Source: Fonticula alba ATCC 38817 (Eukaryota; Protista; Nucleariida). Taken from it: 64,000 nt of DNA. Under the pieces are notes generated by a model. It was not told the DNA's origin. It worked only from the letters and a program-made list of their open reading frames with translations, and searched no databases. Made by a program: the position numbers and the translations under genes. The stretch lies in NCBI GenBank assembly GCA_000388065.2, contig KB932204.1. One strand, 5' to 3'. Below are positions 1 to 20,999 of this stretch, piece after piece. Position 1 is the stretch's first letter. Every line of letters begins with the position of its first letter.

Positions 1-122
1 GGGGGGGGGGCGAGGGGCTCCGATCGTTGAGATGCCTCACCTCTCCCGGGCCTCTTTTCTCGCCCCATTTGCTTGCTCTTCCGACCATCCCATGCCAAGC
101 ATGCTCTCACACGCACGCACAG

Positions 123-712
123 CCTGCTCCCGGAGGATCGCATTGGACACTTCTTCAACAGCGGCATGGAGGCCTTTGAGCCGGTTGCCGGGCGCGAGTA
201 TAGCGCCATCTGGATGCAATGGGTCATTGGATACCTGACCGACGAGGACATGGTTCGGTTTTTGCTCACCTGCCGGCGGATTCTCACCCGCGATGGTCCC
301 GGCGGCATGGTCTTCCTCAAGGACAATGTCGGCACCCAGGAGCACATCTATGATGAGAGCGACGCGTCGATCACTCGCACGGATGCCCACATCCGTCGGC
401 TGTTCCAGAAAGCTGGCTACATCCTGGTTGATGTCAAGCCCCAAACGCGCTTCCCCAAGTACATGATCCCCGTGAATATGTGCGTCCCCTCGCCATATGG
501 CGCTTTCGCTCGCATCGCCATTCAGCGCCATCCTAACTATGCTGCCTCTTTCGTGCTGCCTCTTTCGTGTTGCCTCTTTCCTCTCTTCGCTGGGATTGAC
601 GGCCCTGCTCATGGCGGCTGGCTCTCTGGCACTTGCACCCAGGTACGCCTACAAGCCGGACCCCCTCTTCACGGAAGAGGAGCCGACCACCAAGGCTCCG
701 GGGAAGGAGTAA
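123..712 (+). CDS. NTMT1: Alpha N-terminal protein methyltransferase, 3' part (exons 123-479 and 643-712; upstream exons lie before the window)
   Basis: The translation contains the NTM1-family motifs IWMQWVIGYLTDEDMVRFL, FLKDN and YDESDASITRT. The intron 480-642 (GTGCGT...CAG) joins PVNM to YAYKP, giving the family's C-terminal PVxMYA motif. Stop TAA at 710-712. Confidence 0.88.
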
Positions 713-1879
713 TCGGGCTGCATCTCGATCGCCCCCTCCTCCTGACAGCCGGCATGGATCCTGTGTGTCCTCTCCCTGAACATGGGAACTCCCCTGTGTT
801 CTTGGACGGCATACTCAAAACCAAATATAGATGCACATACAAACCCATCCCCTCCCGACGACCTGCTCTCGGACAGGGATGGTCCGGTCGCCTCATCTCG
901 CCAACTTGTGGCCATTCACTCAAACACATGTTGTTGCTGCTGTTGCTGTTGTGCCACACATGCAAGGGTGTATGTGTGGCACAAGAAATATGGCTGCCCG
1001 CCCCGCCGGGACAAATGAGAGCGCCTGGGTGCCGGAGGAGAGGCCAGGTGCCTGAGAGAGAGAGACGCATCTCTGGGAGAGTGCCGAGAAAAAAAAAGCC
1101 CCCGCGATCGCCCGGAGTCTCGGAACCAGATCGCTTCCTTAACTGAAATGGAAGTTAATGGGCGGCTGTATTCTGAAGGGGCAGAATGCGTGTTGTTGTC
1201 CCCGCCGGGGCGGGTGGGCTTCGCCGTTGGCTGCGAGCTTCGTCCCCGCTGGGGGCGGGGTGCGCTGGCGAGGCGGGGGGGGGNNNNNNNNNNNNNNNNN
1301 NNNNNNNNNNNNNNNNNNNNNNNNNNNNNNNNNNNNNNNNNNNNNNNNNNNNNNNNNNNNNNNNNNNNNNNNNNNNNNNNNNNNNNNNNNNNNNNNNNNN
1401 NNNNNNNNNNNNNNNNNNNNNNNNNNNNNNNNNNNNNNNNNNNNNNNNNNNNNNNNNNCCCCCCCCCCCCCCCGCAGCCGAGGGCGTTCTGCCAAATGCA
1501 CCGGGCATGCCGCGACCGCGGGGCAGCAGCAGCAGGCACAGCACACGGCCAGGGGACCTCCCTCCTTCAAGCTATTTCCCCTTGTGCGGGCGGGGTTGCC
1601 AGCAGTCATTGAACTGGTCCCGTGGCGCCCCGGAGCCGCGTACGCGGGTCCAGCATGCCTCTCTTCTGCCATCCGAGCGCCCCTCCCCCCTCCCCCTCCC
1701 CCTCCCCCCTTTCTTGCCCTTCCCTTTGCGCATACACACACACACACAGCCCCGCTCTCCCTCCCTCCCTCTCCCCCCCTCTCTCTCCCCTTCCTTCCAC
1801 TCCCGCCACCGGCCATTGTTCCTGTGCGACGGCGCTTCATCTCCGGAGAGAGAAAGAGACAGCGCGGACGTCCCTCAAG

Positions 1880-12788
<10,909 letters not shown>

Positions 12789-13701
12789 GGGCGGGCGCGA
12801 GGAGGAGCACATGCAGCGCGCCTGTCTCCCGCCTCCTCTGCCTCAACTCGCCCGGAACCTGCCCCTCCGCCCTGTCAAAGGGCGGAGAATAAACAGATCC
12901 CCTTTTCAAGGAGAGCCAAGTGCAAGAGAGCCCGAGAGGCGCATCCAGGCAGACCGGGTGGTGTGGCGGCCAGTCGGGGGGGGGAGGCATGTGTGCCGAA
13001 TTCGATCGGCAGGGCGATCCTCCCCCCCCCCCCCCCCCCGCCACCGGGCCCGGATCTGTCTTTTGGCCCACCGATCGGCTGGACCAGAAGAGCAGCGGCT
13101 CCTCCCGGCGGCTGGGCTCGCTTCCCCCCTGCGGCGAGCCATCTTGTCCATGGGGATGTGCCATCGGTCGGGCCATGACCGCGACAGAATCGTTGGGAGT
13201 TGTGATGTGAGGCACTGCCCGCTCGGCGCGCCCGCATCATTTGCGGGCCAGGGCGGGCTGCTGGGGCGGGGGGGGGGAGGGGGCAAAGGCGCCGCCGCCC
13301 CGGCCTTGAAGAGCTGCCAGCCGAGTATGATCGCAAAGCCACCCCAAGCAACCTGCCCTCTCCTCCCCTGAGATCTCCCCACCCGCTAATCCTCTCCCCA
13401 GGGCGAAGAAGGCCGAACAGGACACGGCTGGATGCGCGGTCCTCTCTCTCTGTCAATGCTGTCCCGAAGTCAAAAGAGGAGGGTATGTGTGTGTAGTTTG
13501 GGGGGGGGGGTTGTGGGGCGGGGAGGATCCCCCGGCGCCGCTCGCCGCGCGGCCGCGCAGCGCACAGGCGCGGACCGACTCTGGCGCGCCCGATGGGGGG
13601 GGGGGTGAGGTGAGAGGGAGAGAGAGTACACAAACGAGCTGCGCGCGCAGGGAGGGAGGGAGGGAGCGCGCGCAGAACGAAGCAAAGGCTCTCCGGCACA
13701 C

Positions 13702-14292
13702 TTAAGCCGAGGCGTTCATGATGGCGGCGATGATCTCACCACCGTTCTTGGCCAGAGCACGGACAGCGGTGGCGCGGTCGACACCAGCCTGCTCCATGAC
13801 CTGGGCGACATCCTCCTCGGGGAAGTCGCCAGTGATCTCCTCATCGTCGTCACCGCCGGCGGCAAGGTTGGCCTTGGCGGCGGCCTGCTGGGACTCGATC
13901 AGGGCGCGGAGCTGCTCCAGAGCCTGCTGGTTCAGGGTGTTGGGGTTCTCCATGCGGGGCTGGCCGAGGATGACGAACATGGTGGCGGAAGCCTGGTAGA
14001 TGGTCGGCTGATCGATGACGATCTGGGCACGGCGGGCGTTGGCGAACTGGACGCGCACGGTGTCGGGCAGGGGCTTCATGTTCAGCTTGTCGAAGGCCTC
14101 AACCAGGCGGGCCTGGTGGCGGGCGACGGCGTTGGCACCGGTCTCGGCGGCGTGGTCGTGCTCGCCGTGAGAGTGGCTGTGGCCGTGCTCACCGTGGGAG
14201 TGGGAGTGGCCGTGCTCGGACGACTCCTCAACGTCAGCGACGTCGACAACGTCGTGGACCTGGTCCTCAGGGACGATAGCGATGCTGGCCAT
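13702..14292 (-). CDS. NACA: Nascent polypeptide-associated complex alpha-like protein (NAC domain plus C-terminal UBA), 196 aa, single coding exon, His-rich N-terminus
   Basis: A divergent NAC barrel (KLNMKPLPDTVRV...IVIDQPTIYQASATMFVILGQPRMEN) is followed by a NAC-alpha-type UBA (EEDVAQVMEQAGVDRATAVRALAKNGGEIIAAIM). ATG at 14292, preceded by a pyrimidine tract and CAG. Confidence 0.85.
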   Translation of the reverse strand: MASIAIVPEDQVHDVVDVADVEESSEHGHSHSHGEHGHSHSHGEHDHAAETGANAVARHQARLVEAFDKLNMKPLPDTVRVQFANARRAQIVIDQPTIYQASATMFVILGQPRMENPNTLNQQALEQLRALIESQQAAAKANLAAGGDDDEEITGDFPEEDVAQVMEQAGVDRATAVRALAKNGGEIIAAIMNASA

Positions 14293-14342
14293 GTCTGGAG
14301 CAGCGGAGGAAGGGGAGGGGGCGCGGGCGAATCGACGAGGGG
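14290..14342 (-). repeat. Copy A of a ~50-bp inverted dispersed repeat (NAC-alpha acceptor-like sequence plus start codon); copy B at 16757-16806
   Basis: The 34 nt catgtctggagcagcggaggaaggggagggggcg from 14290 are the exact reverse complement of the end of 16757-16806. An imperfect match extends further (aatcgacgagggg versus aatccacgagggg). Confidence 0.8.
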
Positions 14343-16756
14343 TTGTGCAAAGGTCAGAAACCAGGCGGCAGGGGGGTGTGCGGGTCGTACAGGCACACAA
14401 AACCGAGGGGAGGGGGAAGGGTGCAAAAAGGAAGTGGCCGGGGGGGGGGGGGGGGGCGGCGCGCTCGCCATCTCTCTCTCCTCTCCGCGGCATCGGGGAC
14501 AAAGTTACCGGTCAGCCCGCGAGGCGGGCCAACTGGAAAATGGTGTCGGATGTGCCAGCCATCCGACAGCGGCCGCCTCTCGATGTCGGGGGAAAAAAAC
14601 CCCGGGGGAAGCCCAGCCGGACGGCGGACCGCAGCGCCGCGCTCGGAGACGCATCTCCGGGCGAGAGGCCGGCGCGTGCTTGTCCGCCAGCGGCTACCGC
14701 CGGCGAAGAGGAAAAGAAACAGAGAGAGAGAGAGAGCCAATACACGTGTCCGGATCCAGGGGAGGGAGAGGCAAGGCGAGGATGGAGGAGACAAGCAAGC
14801 GGCGGGAGGGAGGAGAGGAGGGGAGCAGGGAGGGGGGGGGGAGACTTACTTGATAGAAGGAAACCCCGGAACGCGCAAAAAGTAAAGACTACGAGAGCGG
14901 AGATGTGCCTAGGCCGCAGAGATGCGCCGCGGCCGAGGCGCGGCCACCCAAAAAAGGCCGGTCACCCGGGGCCCCGGCGGGGGGGAAAAAAAACGGCTGC
15001 CCTCCCGGTGCCTTGTACCTGTCTGCCTGACCCCCCCCCCCCGGGAGCGCCCCCCAGCAGGCTCCACTCACCCACCACCACTCACGCCGCAACGGCGACG
15101 GAAACAAAGCGAACAAAGAACACAAGAGAAAAAAAAGACCCCGCGACACGGCTCTGCCTCCCTGGGCAGCGCCCCCCCCCCCTCTGGCGTTTTCCTCGGC
15201 GTTCACAACAGGTCCCCCGGGCGCAGGCGAGCGAGGGGCGAGGGGAGGCCAAATGCATTCCCTCCCACCGACCAGTTGAGCCCGGCAGCGAGGAAAAACC
15301 CCCAAGCCCACATCCCAACATACTTGGCCAGACCCCCGTCCGGGAGTAAACATGCCTCGACACACACACAAACACACGCATCCAGCCACAAAGACCCCGA
15401 GAGAGGGGCCTGGCCTTACCCCTTCCCAACTCCCGGGCAAGGCCCCCGACGAAGGCTCTCGGCTCGCGGGACACCACGGTGCAGGGGAGGTGTCCTCCCC
15501 GGTCCGGATGCGCGCACCAAGCCGGCGGCGATGAACAAAGAAAACGCCCCCCGTTGCCTGGGGAAAAAAAAACAGGCCAAAACACCTTGCAGCACCGAAG
15601 GAGCGCCCGGCAGCCTGTCCCAGTCACAGAGACCGCCCAACGGTCAATCGGGAAAGAGAACTCACTAGACCAACCACCCAGACACCCACAGCCCAGGGCA
15701 ACCAACGAGGAGGGGGCCAGGGAAGACAAAGCGAGGGACCGTCGGAAAGGCGGATTGATCACGCGCGCGCGTGACGCGCTCTTTAGGATCAGATCCATTT
15801 GATCCACAATCGCACCCGATCGCAGGTCACTGCTTCGATTGTGGGCGGCGGGGGGCAATGCGAAGGCAGAACATGGCGGCCGGCAAGCGCAGGGGGAGGG
15901 GCTGCTTCCAGGGCCGCGGCCCACCCGGCGATGCGCCCCGGCCCGGGCTGGCGATGGGATGGGGGGTCAAAACGGCCGGGCCTACTCCCACGCCCCATGG
16001 CCTGCCGCGCGAGGTCAATCCTTTTCGATTGGCCCTGCCCTGCTGTGACCCATCGCTCGGTCTTCAGCCTCGCATGGCCGGGCGCCCCCGACGCCGGCCC
16101 CGATGTGCCCCGGCGTCACGGCGCATTCCTGGCAGCCTGTTCGACCGGAGGGGCGTGACTCCTTGGGCCCCCCTCAGCCCCCTGGGGACCCGGGGCCCAG
16201 GCAACTTCCTAAGAATGACGCATGGGCTGGCTGCCCCCGCCCCCGCCCGCCCCTCGGACGGCCAGACATCGGAGTGGCTCGGCTAACAAGTGCCAGGTCT
16301 ATTTTTCTTTGACAGAGGCGCAATCGTCGACCGGGGCAACTATACTATCCGGCGGCGAGGGAAAGCCCGAGAGGGGAAGGCAGGCGCGGCGGGAGGCTTT
16401 CTTGCGCGTGGACGGTAAACCGCACTTCGCGAGCGACTGCTGGTCGCTGCGCCGCCAGGCGCAATAGCACCGGGTGGGTGGTAGTGGTCGTGGTGGCGGC
16501 CCCAACATGCCCCTATTGGACTCAGCAATACCCGGCCTGCCCGCCACCATGACTCCATGCCCTTGAGAGAAGCCAGCCCATCAGCAAGCGTCGTGCGTCT
16601 TTACTCGACGCGACCTGCCGCTTCCCCGCTCCTGCGAGGCCTCGCATGCGCGTCTGCACAGTGGCAGGGAAGTGCCCTCCCCCCCCCGCGCTTACACGCA
16701 ATGCCCCTTCGCCCATGTCCAGATCCCCCCGCCTTGCGCGCTTCCCTCTCTCCCCC

Positions 16757-16806
16757 CCCCTCGTGGATTCCCCGCCCCCTCCCCTTCCTCCGCTGCTCCA
16801 GACATG
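16757..16806 (+). repeat. Copy B of the inverted repeat of the NAC-alpha 5' region
   Basis: cccctcgtggattccccgccccctccccttcctccgctgctccagacATG matches the minus-strand sequence immediately before the NAC-alpha ATG. Confidence 0.8.
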
Positions 16807-17263
16807 TGCAAGGGACTGCCCGCTCACCTGTGGTGGCCTCCCCCCCCTGGGGAGGGAGATCGAAATAGTCGGTGCCCCTTGCCGAGGGCGGGCGGCGGAC
16901 GCGGGAGTCATCGGGAAACGGATTTTATACTAAGCTTGGAGTGGGGGAGAAATTATTTCAAGCGCCCCTTTTTGTTTCTGGCCGACAATCGGAAAGGCGT
17001 GGAACTGTGGCTCCTTGAGCGGCCGATGAGGGGGGAGGGGGGGTAATTTGTTCTTGAATGCACGCGCAGCGGCGACTTCCTGCGCGAAGGGCCTCGGCCT
17101 TTGCACAGGAGGATGCAACGAGATGGCAGGAAGACACCTGGACTGCATGGTAGACACACACACACACACACGAAGCCCCACACAGGGGCTAGGGCCCCTG
17201 CTCAAGACTCGGGGCCCGGGCTTCGTTGCGTCCCCGTTGCATTTTGGCCGCCTCCGTGCAAGC

Positions 17264-20200
17264 CTACTTCTTCGGCGAGGCGTCGGCCGCGGCGATGGAC
17301 GCCGGCTTGCGATCGGCATTCCACCGGGCCAGCACCGCCTCGCCCTCCCACTCGCCGGTGCGCTCGTCCCACCAGACACCGTTGCCGATGTTGGCCAGGG
17401 CCGGCTGCGCCGGGGTGGTCCACCGGTACCAGCTGTCGTAGTCGCTCATGGCCATGTGCCGCAGGGCCAGCACCTCCACGAAGGAATCCACCGCGTCACC
17501 CCGGCGGACGGGCGTCATCCGGGCAGCCGCCGCATGCGCATCCTCGGAGGTGGCATTGCCGGCGGCGGCCGTGGTCATGAAGGGCATTTGCGGGAAGATC
17601 ATGCGCGGGGCCACGCGCGCAATGTTGCGCTGGTACTCGCGGATCTTCGACTGGGGGATGGACTCCAGCCAGTGGATCCAGCTCTTGGGCAGGGAGGGAT
17701 CCGGGATGTAGGCATGGGCGGCTGCCTGCGCGGTGGCCTGGGCCGCCTTGTCGGCGTCCGCGCCGGTGGCGGCGGCCCCGGCCCCGAGCCCGGAGTCCAG
17801 AAGACGATCCAGCTCGGCGTGCACGTCGCCGTCGGCCGCGTCCCGGGCCTGGCGCTGGCGGGTCTCCTCCTCCTGGCCCGGGCCGGCGCTCTTGGCCATG
17901 GCGGCCGTGGCATTGGCCGCCACCGTCGGAGCGGGGGTCTCCGGGAAGAGCTCCTTGTCCGTGAGGTTCATATGGCGCTGATAGTCGAACACCGCCCGGC
18001 TGGGGATGCGGATGACCAGCTGGTCCCAGTCGATGAGGCTTTCGTAGGGCAGCGCCGCGAAGTCGGACAGGACCACCGGGATGCAGCCGGCCAGCATGGC
18101 GGTCGTCAGACGCCGGGCGGAGGATGAATCGCCCGGAAGATGGGGACAGAAGGTGGCACTGTGAAGGTCGATGGCGGGGTCGCCCCCCGGCGAAAGCGCC
18201 CACCAAATGGCCAAGCGAGCGAGATGCAAGCCGGAGGAGTTAGCTTCCGGCCCTGGCAAATGGTCCACCTCCCTTTCGGCCAGCTCCGGCCCCCAGAGAC
18301 AGGAGCCCCGAGATATGTGCCCACAGCCGGGAACCGCCCCCCGACGGGATTCCCCCCCTCTCCCCTCGCCTCTTCCGCGCGACAACAGTACTCGGGCCGG
18401 CGTAAAGTCGTGTGTGCGTGTCTGTGTGCCTGTTTTCGCCCCCCCCCCCCGCCCCGCCCCTCCCCCGGGCGGGACCAAGAAAGACCTTTCGCACCTCTCC
18501 ATCCGCTCATGCAGCCACTCATACTTCCCACGGTTGTGGCGACCGCCGCCGGCATTGTCGAACTGGTCAAAGAGCGCCCGCGGGCCGAAGTCCCGCATCG
18601 CATGGAAGAGCTTCTTGCGGATGGGCCCGCTCCGGCCGGTGTAGGTCCCGGCAAAGTAGACCAGGGGCCCGGTTCGCCGGCGCTCGGCGTCCGCCTCCCA
18701 GTCATACTTGCCGGCGAGGATGGTGTCGATGCGGGCTTGCAGCCGGGGCGACGGCTCGACGAAGGGGACAATGACCCGGCGCACGGCGGCGGTCCAGCGA
18801 TTGTTGTGGGCGGCCATCTCCTCGACGGTTTCGATTTCCAGCGACACCGGATTCACAAAGGAGCTCAAGGCACTGGGGCTCAGCCGGGCCCGGTACATGG
18901 CGAACCGGTAGACAAAGTGATCCCGTCCGCCGGTGCGCGCGACGCTGGGCTGCTGAGACAGGAAATCCGACAGGGCCCGGGCGTACACCCGGTCCGTGTT
19001 GTCGAAATCGGTGGCATTGTCCACGCGCACGTAATCCGGCAGGAGGGACGGGTGGATCCATCTGTCATTCCAGGGCCCATGGTGGCGGGGGGACGGGGGC
19101 CGCGGCGCGGGGCCGGGCCGAGTGCCGCGGGGCGAGTCCCGAAACAGAGGACCACCCACATGTCCCAAGAGGGGGAAAGCCAGGAAGCCGGAAGTTAGTG
19201 CCAGAGACCAGCCACGGGGCAGCTCGCGCGGTGCCTAGCGGAGCAGAATGGAGGGCAGCAGGGCGGCGGGGAAGGTCGGGGGGGGGGGGGGGGGCGTACG
19301 TCAGGGCGCCGGAATAATGCGGCACGAAGAAGACCGACGCCTGGCGCCAGTCGTCCGTGTGCAGGGGATGCTGGCGCAGGCCGCGCTCCAGTGCCAGGCC
19401 TGCCTGGACCTGGGCCTGGTCCTCGTCCCAGGCCAACATCGGCAGGGTAACCCACTCGCTGTCGTGGAGGTGATCCTGCCCGAAGAATTGGGCCCCGGGG
19501 ATCCCGAGCTTGGCGAAATCCTCCGGCCGAGGATCCGGCCGGGCCTTCAGCAAATCCACCAGGCCGGTGTGATTTCGGGCAAGGTGCATGGTCAGGACCG
19601 CGCGCCGGAGCAGGTCCGATCCCAAGTGCGCTGGGACATTGAGCACATGGATGCGGAACCCCGGGCCCGGGGTGTTGCTGCCGGCGGCGGGGCCCCCGCG
19701 CGACTGAAGCGGAGTGCTCAAATATGCCGGGCCACACATGCGCGCCAGGGCGGTGGCCAGCTCGATGGCTCGCTGGGCTCCCTCGGCGGCCTGGTCGGCG
19801 GCCGCCGGCCGAAGAGCGGACGCATCGGCGCCAGTACCGCCGGCAAGGAGACGCGACATCAGCGACCCGATGACCGATGTCGGGGCGCCGGCATTGGCAG
19901 TGGCCGCCGCCGCCGCCGCCGCCGCTGCATCCGGGCGCTCATGCATCCGGGCGTGCTCAAACGAGGGCTCCGGCTCGTCGCGCTGGGCGCGCACGGCCCC
20001 CAGCAGATCCGACATGACATTTCCGGCTGCCAGGTTGCCGATGCCTCCGCGAAGATAGCCCCCGGGCAGGTCGTCCAGCGATTGGAAGTCCTCCTCGTGC
20101 AGGGCACCATGCTGGGCATCGGACGGCTGGTCGTGGGTTTGGCCCGGGCCGGCCGAGATGGCCTGGTGTGCCGGGCGCCCGGCGGACCCGGTGGTGGCGC

Positions 20201-20999
20201 GCACACCGCCGGTCAGGTAATCCGGCACATCGGGGAACTTGGACCGCAGGACATGCAGGGCCGCGGACGCATCGCGCGAGTGACACGAGGCAGGAGTGAA
20301 TGACCCGCGGGTCCAGTCCTCCGGCAGCCGGGACTCCTTGCCGGGTGCCTGAACCGGGACGATCATGGCGTCGAGGATCTGCTCGGCCAGGGCCAACTCC
20401 GCCGGGGACATGCTCCGCGCCATGAAGAGCAGCGGCCCGCCATTCAGATGCTGCCCAAGGAGGGCCAACTTTTCGGCGCGCGACGGCGCCGACCGGATAC
20501 CACGGCTCAGAGGATCGACCGGCTGGTCGGCGGAGTGCCTGGCGCCGGCCATGCCCGACGGCAGGCGCTCGGCAGCCAGCATCAGTCGCCCGGCCCACGT
20601 GCCGGCACGCTGGTCGGAAGTGCCCTCGCCACTGAAGACGAAAACCGTGGTCAGCACCAGCGAGGCCATGACCAACGCCAAAGGCAGGAGGATGAGCACG
20701 CCGGTGCGCAAGCGCCGCGACCGATACCGGCCCAGCTCCGGCAGGGTGACTCCCACCCTCCGAGCCAGACGCCCAAGGGGCGAGGACCGGCGGCTACGCC
20801 GGGAGGGCCCCTCGCCTCCACGCAGCTTGGACCCATTGCCCGAGGAGTAGTACAGCGGCGTGCCGGGGGCCGAGACATTGGGCGACCCGGGCATGGAGCA
20901 TTCGCGCGAGGCCGGGACCGAGCAGTCACGCGACACACCGGATGTGCTGAGGTCCAGGGCGCTTAACCTTGGGATGAAGGGCTCGCCACTGCGTAGCAT
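17264..20999 (-). CDS. Exostosin-family (GT47) glycosyltransferase, type II membrane protein, ~1053 aa. Exons 20999-19300, 19061-18495, 18158-17264
   Basis: One hydrophobic helix (LILLPLALVMASLVLTTVFVF). GT47 motifs: ASVFFVPHY, GGRDHF, and the spliced ERME|SATFCPHLPGDSSSARRLTTAMLAGCIPVVLSD..LPYESLIDW. Both introns are GT-AG and phase-consistent, and the exons total 3162 nt. Confidence 0.85.

Noticed and set aside
1284-1458. N-gaps (also 21055-21074, 25589-25624, 31103-31366, 46001-46067, 48163-48196, 49536-49579) and the poly-Pro, poly-Gly or X ORFs that cross them
   Set aside because: These are assembly gaps, mostly at homopolymers. ORFs running through them are artefacts.
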